Shown here: positions 49,803-59,306 of the stretch, piece after piece
How positions within the stretch are numbered: position 1 is the first letter of the stretch
Layout of the letters: the number at the start of each line of letters is the position of its first letter
Assembly: GCA_965208325.1 (NCBI GenBank)
Contig: OZ242326.1
Span: 2,240,001 to 2,304,000, forward strand
Direction of reading: 5' to 3'
DNA length: 64,000 nucleotides
Source of the DNA: Candidatus Poribacteria bacterium
GTDB lineage: Bacteria > Poribacteria > WGA-4E > PCPOR2b
Translations under genes and position numbers: made by a program
Notes under the pieces: generated by a model
The model's input: the letters and a program-made list of their open reading frames with translations, nothing else
Told to the model about the DNA's origin: nothing
The model's database searches: none

Positions 49803-50642
49803 TCAGAACCGCAATTCGCCTGTGATGAAGTCTGACGCGAAATGACTTTCATAAATACGCGCGTAGTCAACCTTTAAAATCTTCCAATCGAACCCAATAC
49901 CGACGGTCCAATCCTGGTCTGACAATCCTGCCCGCACGCGTAGAAATGAAACCACTTTACATTCAACCCCAAGGTAGAATTCCGCTCGGCGAAGAGGCAG
50001 CCCCGGCAGTGCAGTATCCCAAGCGAACAACACAGCCCGCCAGCGATATGCTACTCCGAGCGTTAACCATTGAATGCCGGACCGGTTGGGCAAATTTTGT
50101 GCGAGGAGTCCAAATGTCAGATTGGTGTAGGGTTTAATTAGCAGGGCAACATCGTAGGAGGGGTGGCTGCCGAAGAATTGATAACGTCGACTTGGGTGTT
50201 TGCGTTTGAATTTTATACTAGTGCCAACTGCACCGTAGGCAGTAAATTGACGGGCAAATGCGTAGTAGTTAAAATCGGGCGTTCCCGACTCAACTCCCAA
50301 TGCAATCTTATTCCCCCAGAACAACCCATACCCGCGATAGGTGTAGCCAATTCCTTTTGGATCAAAGGCATAGTCGTTTCGGTCGTTAAATTTGTTGGCA
50401 CCGAAAATTTTTACGCCTTGGCCTTGAATCAATCCCGCGGGATTCCAGAAACCCGCTGTTGCGCCGTCAGCGATTGCCGTGAAGGCGTTACCCATACCCA
50501 ATGCTCTCGCACCGACGTACAACGGACGCGCGGTTTCAAACGGAAAATTCGCCAAGGCTCTAGGTATGCAAATAAATAACACCACGACGGTCGCCGATAC
50601 GTATCGCAACCAATCCGAGGTAAAGTATTTCCTTTTCCTCAA
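49803..50642 (-). CDS. PorV/PorQ/FadL-like outer-membrane beta-barrel protein
   Basis: GARALGMGNAFTAIAD..FWNPAGL signature, amphipathic strands, terminal Phe. Confidence 0.7.
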   Translation of the reverse strand: MRKRKYFTSDWLRYVSATVVVLFICIPRALANFPFETARPLYVGARALGMGNAFTAIADGATAGFWNPAGLIQGQGVKIFGANKFNDRNDYAFDPKGIGYTYRGYGLFWGNKIALGVESGTPDFNYYAFARQFTAYGAVGTSIKFKRKHPSRRYQFFGSHPSYDVALLIKPYTNLTFGLLAQNLPNRSGIQWLTLGVAYRWRAVLFAWDTALPGLPLRRAEFYLGVECKVVSFLRVRAGLSDQDWTVGIGFDWKILKVDYARIYESHFASDFITGELRF

Positions 50643-50659
50643 TTCCCACTTGAGAATAC

Positions 50660-51565
50660 TTAGTCCTCAATTTTGAACCGATACGGAATAATTATACGAA
50701 TTGCGACCGGTTTACCGTCTTTTTGAGCTGGCGTAAATCGTGACCGTTTCAACGCCTCAATTGCTTCTTCATCGCAACCATAGCCTAAAGGTTCGAGAAC
50801 CTCAATATCGCTTGCTTTGCCGTCAGTTCCAATCGTGGCTTTTAACTTCACAACCCCTTCTTTTCCGGCATTCCGGGCACGTTCCGGGTATTTCGGCTTC
50901 GGTTTATGCAGGGCTTTAGGCGGAACGGTGTTTTCCGTTATGTCCACGACTGGCACTTCGACTGGGTCTTCTAGCTCAAGATCGGCACCGGGGATATCTG
51001 CCTCAAACTTGTCAAAAATTTCTGGTCTTTCTGCCCTCTTAGGGGCGATCGTCGGCATCTCAGGTGTAATGCTTGGGCGATTCCCAGCGGCTATTGGCGG
51101 TCTTTCAATCGTCGGTATTTCTGGGGGCGCCCCAGATGAGCCAATATCAACATTGTCTGAAGGAATAGTAATTCCACCACGGCCGGATGGAATATCCACC
51201 GGCCTTACCGGCTGACGGGGTTGGATCGTCTCAACCCGCTGTATATCGGGTTCAGGTTTCTGGGCTACACGTTTGCGTAGACGCCGTTTTTCCGGGGGAT
51301 CTTCCGCTTCATACATTGCAGCTACCACTGCATCATCATCGTTAATCGCCACATTTTTGGCAATGTGAAATGCGACAACCAACAGTATGAGCAAATGAAA
51401 AGCAAGAGATACCATCCACGCAAGAGATTTAGACGCGCGCGCACCCTTTCTCTTTCGCCGCTCTAAAATCGGCTCAACCACAGGAATTGGGCGATTACGT
51501 TCATGTTCTAGCGAATTCGACTTCAATTGAAATTCCTCGGTGTTTTCAACGTTACCGTTGGACAT
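50660..51565 (-). CDS. Energy transducer TonB family protein
   Basis: TM with SxxxH (VSLAFH), Pro-rich linker, PKYPERA..EGVV..FTPA..GKPV; ORF track start 51598. Confidence 0.9.
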   Translation of the reverse strand: MSNGNVENTEEFQLKSNSLEHERNRPIPVVEPILERRKRKGARASKSLAWMVSLAFHLLILLVVAFHIAKNVAINDDDAVVAAMYEAEDPPEKRRLRKRVAQKPEPDIQRVETIQPRQPVRPVDIPSGRGGITIPSDNVDIGSSGAPPEIPTIERPPIAAGNRPSITPEMPTIAPKRAERPEIFDKFEADIPGADLELEDPVEVPVVDITENTVPPKALHKPKPKYPERARNAGKEGVVKLKATIGTDGKASDIEVLEPLGYGCDEEAIEALKRSRFTPAQKDGKPVAIRIIIPYRFKIED

Positions 51566-52242
51566 GGCTCGAAAATCTCCTCTCTGTTGCACGCTCATTA
51601 AAATGTCGACTGAGCTGAATTGCTATTCTACCGAGTATAGTCGGGATGTAGGAAATAGGATAAGTTCAAGAGAAGGGTTGGTAGTCTTTGCCGATTAAGA
51701 TTTCCGATTCTGAATTATTTACAGCCGTTTTCTGTACCTGTTTTAGTAAACGAAATCCGCAGGGGTTGGTTTAGTTGGCTTTAAGCATTCCCATACAACC
51801 GCCTGACCTTTTATCTTGGCAACCATACACTTATGTTTAAACTCAAACGGAGCGGAATTATCGAATGTGCCGTTTTTGAGGCGGCGGTCTACTTCAAACT
51901 ATAGCCGGATATGAACAATACGCCGCCGCACAAGAACCCAAATGATTCTGGACGCCATTAATGCTTTACTAAAGAATGATAGCCGTGGCGGTTGGAACGG
52001 ACTCCCTAATTCTGTAAGATGAGAACGTGACAACTCTTTATTAGACCGCTACCATATTTGGAATCGGATGACCAACATATAATGTACCAGATAATATCGC
52101 CGATTTCAACTAAAAATGTTGGCAGACGCGTGAAGTATTAGCAATTCCACCGGTATTCGGTAGAATGACATCGCTCATGCGCACCGCCGCTCCGAATCAT
52201 CGGCTGGTGCATTAAAGATTGCAGGCGAAAACCTTGTGCCAG

Positions 52243-53325
52243 TTATCGTTCTCTTTGCCCCGCTACAAATTCGTCCAACTGCTGAACCGCGAGTGAATCG
52301 TCGTCTATCGTGACTGGCGGATGCTTGGTCAACCATGCGGATGCGGCATTGAGTACGCCCGATGTCCCGCGATCAAGCGCTAGTTTCATGTATCGGATCA
52401 TATCAACCATTACGCCGCCAAAGTTTGCGCTGTCTTCTACCTCCAATTTGGCTTCAAAGCGCAGCGGCGCATCTCCATAGTTGCTGGCATCAATATAGAA
52501 AAGCGCCGTTTTGCGGTCCCCCATAAAATCAACGTAGGAAAACCCTGTCGAGATTTCTGAGTCCGAAGATACTAGTGTTTCAAGAGCTTCTTGCTTGGTC
52601 TTGTGCTTCGACTGTCCCCGGTTGACGAGGTTGTAAAAATCGGTATTGCCAGCGTAGTTTACCTGATAGGTACGATTGACGTGGATACCTCTCGCGCGCA
52701 GCAGTTGAAGCAATGCACGGTGGATAGCTGTGCCGCCAAGCTGACTCTTCACATCGTCGCCTATTAACGGCACACCGTTTTCGGCAGCCGTCTTCTGGTA
52801 AGCCGGATCGCAGACTATGAGTTCTGGCATCCCATTGATAAATCCAATTTTAGCCTCTTTTATGGCGGCATCGGCGTAAAATCTCGCCGCTTGCGCCGAA
52901 GCGGTCGGCAGGAAGTTCAGCAACATCTCTGCCCCACTGTCCTTCAAGATTTGCGCGACATCCGCGGCCGGTTGGTCGGCAACTTCTACAAAGTCAGACA
53001 GCGCAGCACTGATACCATCCATCGGCGGTCCCATATGGACTTCCACACCACAGTTTGGGACATCTACACCGGGATAGTGATAGGCGATATTCGCGCCGGA
53101 AAAAATTGCTTGAGATAAGTCTTGTCCAACACGCCGGGCGTCAATATCAAAAGCCGCGACAGGCACAATGTCAGTGACCTTGTAGCCTCCAATATCAACA
53201 TTCATGAGTCCCGGCGCATCTGCGCCGAATTTTCGATAATATGCCATGCCCTGGATTAGGGCACTGGTGCAGTTGCCGACACCGACAATCGCTACGCGTA
53301 TCGGACTTTTCGTCTCCCATGCCAT
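52243..53325 (-). CDS. ino1: myo-inositol-1-phosphate (inositol-3-phosphate) synthase
   Basis: AIVGVGNC, VAAFDID, GDDVKSQLG, GNTDF, LEVEDS. Confidence 0.9.
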   Translation of the reverse strand: MAWETKSPIRVAIVGVGNCTSALIQGMAYYRKFGADAPGLMNVDIGGYKVTDIVPVAAFDIDARRVGQDLSQAIFSGANIAYHYPGVDVPNCGVEVHMGPPMDGISAALSDFVEVADQPAADVAQILKDSGAEMLLNFLPTASAQAARFYADAAIKEAKIGFINGMPELIVCDPAYQKTAAENGVPLIGDDVKSQLGGTAIHRALLQLLRARGIHVNRTYQVNYAGNTDFYNLVNRGQSKHKTKQEALETLVSSDSEISTGFSYVDFMGDRKTALFYIDASNYGDAPLRFEAKLEVEDSANFGGVMVDMIRYMKLALDRGTSGVLNAASAWLTKHPPVTIDDDSLAVQQLDEFVAGQRER

Positions 53326-53376
53326 GGTTTTCTCCTTTAGAATCTTAATAAACCCTCAACAAACAGAGTTCAGTTA

Positions 53377-54111
53377 TTATGCTCTACGAATCCATTGCAG
53401 TGCAGTTTCTAAAACTTTTTCATTGCTGTATTTAGAGACTATCCGTTGTAAGGTAAGCGGCGAAGCGTCCGCTAATTCACGAATCTCCCGAATCAGCAAC
53501 GGCAAAGCTCTGACCACGTTGTCCACGATGGTGGCGCTCGATCTGCTTGCCGTTCGAGACATTGGGTTGAGGTCTACTGAAATGACATCTTTACCCATTT
53601 TCCGCAGTGCTTCACAACGATCGCCGTCTTCAAGCGGCACAAATACGACATCCGCCCTAAAAATGCCGTCTGCGTGGACGTACTTTCGGTTTGAATCGAT
53701 AAACGAAAGCCGGATATCGGGAGAAGGTATCAACACCTGAACGGCGCCGCGATTCAACAAATATTCTTGTATCGTCTCTTCCCGCCCTTTTGAAGTGTGA
53801 AAGAGGTTCACTTCCAAAGGCGCCTTTAGCAACTTGCCTAATGCTATCAATTCATCAGGGACAAGCGCCGCAGCATTCCCATTTACGGAAACTACAGGGT
53901 ACTCGGCCAGCAATAGCATGGCAGCGCTTGTATGAATAGCCTGTGCGGCGAATTGCTGTGTTGCTTCTCCGATGAGATAGTCGAACGCCTCCCCGCGGCC
54001 GTGCGCAATCAGACCGTGGACGGAGGTAATGCCCCTCTCCACGCCGGCGGTAATATCATCTCGTAATTTCAGCGATTGATACCGTGGATGGCTTTCAGGA
54101 ACATCGCTCAT
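53377..54111 (-). CDS. Archaeal-type 4-phosphopantoate--beta-alanine ligase (phosphopantothenate synthetase)
   Basis: HPRYQSL, GLIAHGRGEAFDYLIGE, SVNGN, VPLEDGDR, DLNPMSRT. Confidence 0.92.
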   Translation of the reverse strand: MSDVPESHPRYQSLKLRDDITAGVERGITSVHGLIAHGRGEAFDYLIGEATQQFAAQAIHTSAAMLLLAEYPVVSVNGNAAALVPDELIALGKLLKAPLEVNLFHTSKGREETIQEYLLNRGAVQVLIPSPDIRLSFIDSNRKYVHADGIFRADVVFVPLEDGDRCEALRKMGKDVISVDLNPMSRTASRSSATIVDNVVRALPLLIREIRELADASPLTLQRIVSKYSNEKVLETALQWIRRA

Positions 54112-54941
54112 AACAACCTCGCCCGTTCCATAGAGATCGCCGTCTCTTTCGCACCTTCAAATGGTTGTGTGCTGAATACGGCGTTTCCCAGCATAATCAT
54201 CGACGCAAACCCGTTCTCGCTTTCAATCTGATTGATAACACACCGGACATTTTTATCCCTTAACAGTCCGCTTTCGATAGCGAATGCCTTGGAAAATCTG
54301 ATGCAAGTATTGAAGTCTACCGCTTCAGAATTAACGAGCGCTCCTAGATAATTCAACGCTTTATCAGCCGATTTGTTGATGCTGTCCGTTTGCTTGGAAT
54401 CTGTGAGGACGTCTCTGGTCTGAATGGGACCGAAATACTTATAGTAAATGGGTTGTTTTCGAACAGGCAGCCGTTCTGCCGAAAGCGGATGGCCTGCCTT
54501 TAATTTGACGAGGCAGCCGCCGTGATATTGCGCGCAGACATCGCCCAAACCGGTCAGATTTTCCACCTCTGCCACGTGAGCTATCATCGCAAGGCGCCTC
54601 GAAGATTTGCCTAAGCTCAGCAAAGCATTAACTGCATACGCCACGGCTAACGCAGAAGCACCGCTCAATCCAAAACCGCACCCTAACGGCTGCGGCGAGG
54701 TGATATCGATGAGCATTGATTCGGGCGTTAATTTTTGAAGGGTTGACACCACTGTGGGGAAATGTATCTCGACGCCATTAAACAGAATACTCGTCTGGCT
54801 ATGTGGCGATACCGTCACCACGACACCCTCATTAATGGTAAACCCCATCCCCAGCGAGTGCATTTTGGCCGCGTCCTCATGCGGTACAACCCTGAAAACA
54901 CATGAGATGTTGCTGGGTGCGAACGCGCTGACCTGTTCCAT
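54108..54941 (-). CDS. Archaeal-type pantoate kinase (GHMP superfamily)
   Basis: AFAPSNIS, PLGCGFGLSG, AHVAEV..TGLGDV, SMIMLGNAVF; ATGA overlap with the synthetase. Confidence 0.88.
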   Translation of the reverse strand: MEQVSAFAPSNISCVFRVVPHEDAAKMHSLGMGFTINEGVVVTVSPHSQTSILFNGVEIHFPTVVSTLQKLTPESMLIDITSPQPLGCGFGLSGASALAVAYAVNALLSLGKSSRRLAMIAHVAEVENLTGLGDVCAQYHGGCLVKLKAGHPLSAERLPVRKQPIYYKYFGPIQTRDVLTDSKQTDSINKSADKALNYLGALVNSEAVDFNTCIRFSKAFAIESGLLRDKNVRCVINQIESENGFASMIMLGNAVFSTQPFEGAKETAISMERARLL

Positions 54942-55080
54942 TCTCTTTATTGGCGTTTATTTGACTTTGGCGGGATAGCTTGGCGGCGGACGGAATGGGC
55001 ATTAACGTTCCAACCAATAGACCATTCGCTTCATGCCGCAAGTTGCGATGCCTAATGTTTATTGTATGTTCCAGAGACGA

Positions 55081-55109
55081 ATTATACAAGAGGGTACTAA
55101 CTCGGTCAA
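55081..55109 (-). promoter_or_regulatory. sigma70-type promoter of the pantoate kinase operon
   Basis: Minus strand TTGACC-N17-TATAAT. Confidence 0.55.
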
Positions 55110-55269
55110 GCAAAAAACTGTCGCACAAGGAGAGCAACTCCCGGATCAAGTAAGCGCTTCAAAGGGCGTTGACTACCGGTCAAACTCGTAAACTAGAGCG
55201 GATTTCGCTAACGGAGGTTTTGAAACATCTCCAAAATGGCTTTTCCTAAATAAACCATCCATTTGCAAC

Positions 55270-57216
55270 CTAAAACATAAAGCGGTACATCGGGCGTCCT
55301 AGGATGACGCCGGCTAAACTCCAGAGCGCTCCGACAAAGAATTCACCCAGTACCAACCCGGTAAAAAACGGCACGCCTTTACGATAAGCGTGAATTCCGC
55401 CAATACGGACTAAAATCAGCTTCATCAACCAACTCAGAAGGATTGAAACCCAATACCAATTCATGGTTTGGTAGCCAATCCCGATTGCGTAACCGGCGGG
55501 ATGCAAGGGCCACCAGATAAACCACCGGTGCAATCCGGTGAGCAGTCCGGTAAAAGCGAACGCTCCAATAGATGCCGCAATCTCTAGGGGCGCCGCATCT
55601 TGAGGGGTTGTCAACCATACGCGTAACTGACCCAGAAATGCCCCTCGAATCCAATGCTCGCCGTAAATCGCGGCGCCATAACGGTACCCCTGTGCATAGT
55701 ATGCCCAAGCTGATGAGATGGTACCGACCACAGCTACTAGCATGATTGCTGGAACTAACCTGCTCGGAGCGACGCTGCGCAATTCAGCCGCTTTGAATCC
55801 TTCGAGCATGACCGGCATCGGGTGGCAGCGGTATGATCGGTTGAAGCCGCGAAAAAACGTGAATAGTGTCAAGCTTTTTCCGCCGAATCTACGTGTTCCC
55901 AAAACGGAGACTAGCGCACCGCCGGGATGCCAAAGGACATCATGCGTGGGCGGACCAAGTTCAGCGCGGACACGAGTAATCGCAATTGCAAGCGCAAAAA
56001 ATAGACCAAAATATGCAAGGGCATGGATAGGCGAAACCCCAGCACTAAAACAGAATAACAAGACAAACAGTACGCCTAAGGTTAAGCCAATCGCCGCCTG
56101 CCTTACGATACGGACATGCTCAATTTCTTCGCCGCGGCGCCGAAATGCCGCCTTTATTTGCTCATAAAGAAATTTTCGGCTTACCCATACAGCAAAAATG
56201 CCGAGAGCGAACCATGCACCGAACAACTGCTCATGCGCAAAGGGAAAGCCCGGAAGGTGTCCGAGCCCTAGCATGGTTCCCCATACCAAAACTATCTTTC
56301 GAAACAGATAGAAAAACCAGATGGAGAACGACAGATTGAGCGGAATGAAAAAACTCAAGCCAACCACGAAAGGATAGACCGCCAGCGGCGTATAGCCAAT
56401 AGCGTTTAAGGGTTTTTCTGTAAAGAGTTGACCCAAGTCAAATCCTACTTTAGAAGGATTGTGGCCAATCCCCCCGACGCTGGGTACAACCGGAAACAAA
56501 AAATGGAGGCCGTTGATTAGGTTCATACTGCCCGCCAAGGTGAACCCTATCCAGAACAACCTGTTTCTGAACAACGCGGACCCGTTCCGTTCGGTAAGCT
56601 GCATCGGAATCCGGATGATGGGATACGTCAGTTTTTCCCGATAGACCCATTGCCGCTGCACAAGCACCGTCAAACAGAGCATCATCCACGTCAAAACGAC
56701 AATTAAAGCAGACCACCAGAACACGGGTCTAATCCAAAGCCATAGATGGCTCCAAATGTGCAGCGTTGATTCCCCTTGATAAAAAGGGACGAGTGCATCC
56801 CGATTTTTTACCGTCAGCCAATCAGGAATATGATGGTGGAATAACTCCGCCCACTCGTTTTCTGGCGTTGCAAACCAGATTGAATGGGGTATGAGAGGCC
56901 AGAGCAACTGGAGCATATCGTGCCCGGCGATAGAAGATGCTACCGCAAGAAGCAGATAGACAACGGTCAACTCGCCATCACTAAACTGCGCGCGGGGGGC
57001 AGCGAAACGAATTAGATAGTTCCACCCAATCAATAGCAGAAGGATGAAAACGGCGTTAAAATACAACGAAACAACGGTGGGAAAACTTTGGCCGCTGTCA
57101 TAGCCGCCTGTTCCCCAGCTAATCATCAACCAGTAGGAGTTGGGGACGGTAAGTATGAGCGCAATCAGCACCGCGCGGAAGGTAACACTTCTCGTTGATG
57201 AAGGAGATGCCATCAT
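55270..57216 (-). CDS. DUF6785/DUF6784 multi-pass membrane protein
   Basis: 648 aa, EKLTYPI, HPMP, WWPLHPAGY, PFFTGLVLGE; paralog of 9216..11159. Confidence 0.8.
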   Translation of the reverse strand: MMASPSSTRSVTFRAVLIALILTVPNSYWLMISWGTGGYDSGQSFPTVVSLYFNAVFILLLLIGWNYLIRFAAPRAQFSDGELTVVYLLLAVASSIAGHDMLQLLWPLIPHSIWFATPENEWAELFHHHIPDWLTVKNRDALVPFYQGESTLHIWSHLWLWIRPVFWWSALIVVLTWMMLCLTVLVQRQWVYREKLTYPIIRIPMQLTERNGSALFRNRLFWIGFTLAGSMNLINGLHFLFPVVPSVGGIGHNPSKVGFDLGQLFTEKPLNAIGYTPLAVYPFVVGLSFFIPLNLSFSIWFFYLFRKIVLVWGTMLGLGHLPGFPFAHEQLFGAWFALGIFAVWVSRKFLYEQIKAAFRRRGEEIEHVRIVRQAAIGLTLGVLFVLLFCFSAGVSPIHALAYFGLFFALAIAITRVRAELGPPTHDVLWHPGGALVSVLGTRRFGGKSLTLFTFFRGFNRSYRCHPMPVMLEGFKAAELRSVAPSRLVPAIMLVAVVGTISSAWAYYAQGYRYGAAIYGEHWIRGAFLGQLRVWLTTPQDAAPLEIAASIGAFAFTGLLTGLHRWFIWWPLHPAGYAIGIGYQTMNWYWVSILLSWLMKLILVRIGGIHAYRKGVPFFTGLVLGEFFVGALWSLAGVILGRPMYRFMF

Positions 57217-57360
57217 TCGAATATGCTAACAATTCTTAGCGTCGGTGGGGAGTATAAAGCGGTGGATTCAAGTTGGCTGCCGCATGCCGAAGAAGATTGA
57301 AACCGTCGATAAATCCGGATTAGTTGGAGTATATTTTTTTCTACGGTCGCCCGGCTTCAA

Positions 57361-57900
57361 TTATGGCTGTGAATCGGCGCGCCCAAACTCAAGCTTGGCA
57401 TAGCGAAGGAAAATTCCGCCGCCCGGGAAAGCGATTGGACCGTTAACTGCGAGACAAGCAATGATGTGCCGTTCGCCTGGCAAAGCATTCTCGCAGACGC
57501 TCACGCGTTGTGGTGCGTTGTGGCCCGATATCGCGCCGCGCCCCGTATTGCCAATCGCAATGTCGCACTCGCCGTTAATCCAGATTTCGCCGTAATCGTC
57601 TACACAGGTTGTAAACCACACCTGGGTACCGCGAATGTCCGCATTGCCGACCCGTTCAGGCAGTGTTACTCCGATGCGGTACCAACCGAAGCAAAAACCC
57701 TCTGAAACGGATTCTTGTATGTTCTCGCATACCGTCCAGCCGGTATCGTCATAGTCCGCCAGCCGCGCTGGGGATTGTTTGAGTTGGTCCGCTAGACCGC
57801 CGTTAGGCTCTCCCGGAACCAACCCGCCGGCGTATCGCCACTGCCCTTTGACCAATTGCAGGTGGTCGGGGTTTTCCAAATCCAACGTTGCGACAATCAT
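57361..57900 (-). CDS. Stand-alone galactose-binding-like domain protein (GH2 N-terminal-like)
   Basis: YDDTGW, GWYR, VDDYGEIWING; GGAGG RBS. Confidence 0.6.
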   Translation of the reverse strand: MIVATLDLENPDHLQLVKGQWRYAGGLVPGEPNGGLADQLKQSPARLADYDDTGWTVCENIQESVSEGFCFGWYRIGVTLPERVGNADIRGTQVWFTTCVDDYGEIWINGECDIAIGNTGRGAISGHNAPQRVSVCENALPGERHIIACLAVNGPIAFPGGGIFLRYAKLEFGRADSQP

Positions 57901-58414
57901 AGCAGCCTCCTAGATTCTTTTCGTGATCCTTGGGATCGTTCACGTTCCGGTTGTCTTGTATACCAACCTTGGAGTAGAATCAACCTAGAGAAAACGGCTT
58001 GACAAATTCATTTGAATGCGGTAGGAATCGGGAAGAAAAACATCTGGCGCGGATTTCAGGAAGGACGAGGAGAAATGGTCTTCGTATCTACAATCTTCAA
58101 CCTCAACGAGTGCGCGGTTCTGAGCATAACAATGCAAGTGGAGAACTCAACGTACTTTGCGGCTTGACCGTAGATAGGATTGCTTACTGCAACACTAGCA
58201 CGATTAGTAGTATGCGCTTCTTGAGAGGGAAGGAAAAACGCGGCAAATAGATAAACGGATCTGCTCTTGCCTTAAAGGCGGGCATTCACGAAAGGATTGC
58301 CCGCCACACATGAATTACAGTCCGTCACCCAAAACTAGGTTTAATCAGCATCTAGTTGCGGCATCGTTTAAAATTCAGTCGCATCCGCAATTTACATTTT
58401 GCACAGCGCAGGCA

Positions 58415-59170
58415 TTAAGGTACGTGTTTTATCGCACCCCATGTCGTGGTGATTGAATTGCGGGGTTTTACGGATTGTTCTCCCGGCACTAATTCAAACA
58501 ACTCCAATACTTCATCTTCGTCAAATCCGCGGTTGTAAATTCGAAGTTCATCCATTGCGCCGACATACGAATTCAAGCTCATGAACCCAATTTGGATATC
58601 TGATTCAAAGGGGTCAATTTTGAAAATCCCTTGAACCTGACCTTGTCGGACACCATCGGTGTAGTAAGTTCCTGTCTCTTCAATTACAGTGCACACGATG
58701 AGGTGCCACTCGTTCACGCCCATCACATTTCCCACACCAGTGCCTCTCCAGGCGTTCGCGACCCGGATTTCCATCCTGCCGCCGCCATGAAGCAGGTCAA
58801 CGTTGTATTGTTGGTGTTTGTAAATCGCTCGGTTTTCGCCGGCTAGGTCGAATTTTTCCGGATACGCCCAAAAGGCAACGGTAAATTCTTTATCCTTGAC
58901 CATTAAAGAATCCGATCTCGGAATTATGGCGCCCTGCTGATTGGTTTTAAAACGTATTGCCTTGCCAAACTTGCCATCGTCTGTCCGCTCGGCAGTCTGG
59001 AGTCTCCCGTGGTTGTCGTTACCGCTAGAGTCTTTGAGACCATCGTCATTCCCCTCGAACTGATAATAACCTACGAGTCCGTCTTCCAGTGCGGCTGGAA
59101 CAGGCGATACCCAACTTCCTAACAGCAAAACAACCGCCGCCGCAACATAGAACAGGAATTGGAATTTCAT
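58415..59170 (-). CDS. Secreted LamG-like jellyroll protein
   Basis: Signal peptide, LVGYYQFE, DSSGN, MDELRIYNR, tail VKPRNSITTTWGAIK. Confidence 0.88.
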   Translation of the reverse strand: MKFQFLFYVAAAVVLLLGSWVSPVPAALEDGLVGYYQFEGNDDGLKDSSGNDNHGRLQTAERTDDGKFGKAIRFKTNQQGAIIPRSDSLMVKDKEFTVAFWAYPEKFDLAGENRAIYKHQQYNVDLLHGGGRMEIRVANAWRGTGVGNVMGVNEWHLIVCTVIEETGTYYTDGVRQGQVQGIFKIDPFESDIQIGFMSLNSYVGAMDELRIYNRGFDEDEVLELFELVPGEQSVKPRNSITTTWGAIKHVP

Positions 59171-59235
59171 TTTATCTCCTCCACAATCTGAATTATAAAC
59201 TAATCAATAGCATCATCCACACAAATGCGTAAGCG

Positions 59236-59287
59236 TCCAATAGATCGAGAATCAGCAAATAATCCTACCTTCTCTCGATCTATTGGA
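59236..59287. repeat. Perfect 15-bp inverted repeat between tandem LamG genes
   Basis: TCCAATAGATCGAGA ... TCTCGATCTATTGGA with a 22-nt loop. Confidence 0.7.
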
Positions 59288-59306
59288 TGGTGAGGATGGG
59301 AGCCCA

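Noticed and set aside
51600..52240. 640-bp intergenic region as ncRNA or hidden gene
   Set aside because: No ORF, tRNA, riboswitch or repeat could be recognised by eye; an Rfam search would be needed
58075..58167. tmRNA tag reading frame
   Set aside because: No tRNA-like GGGG 5' end or T-arm/CCA 3' end around it
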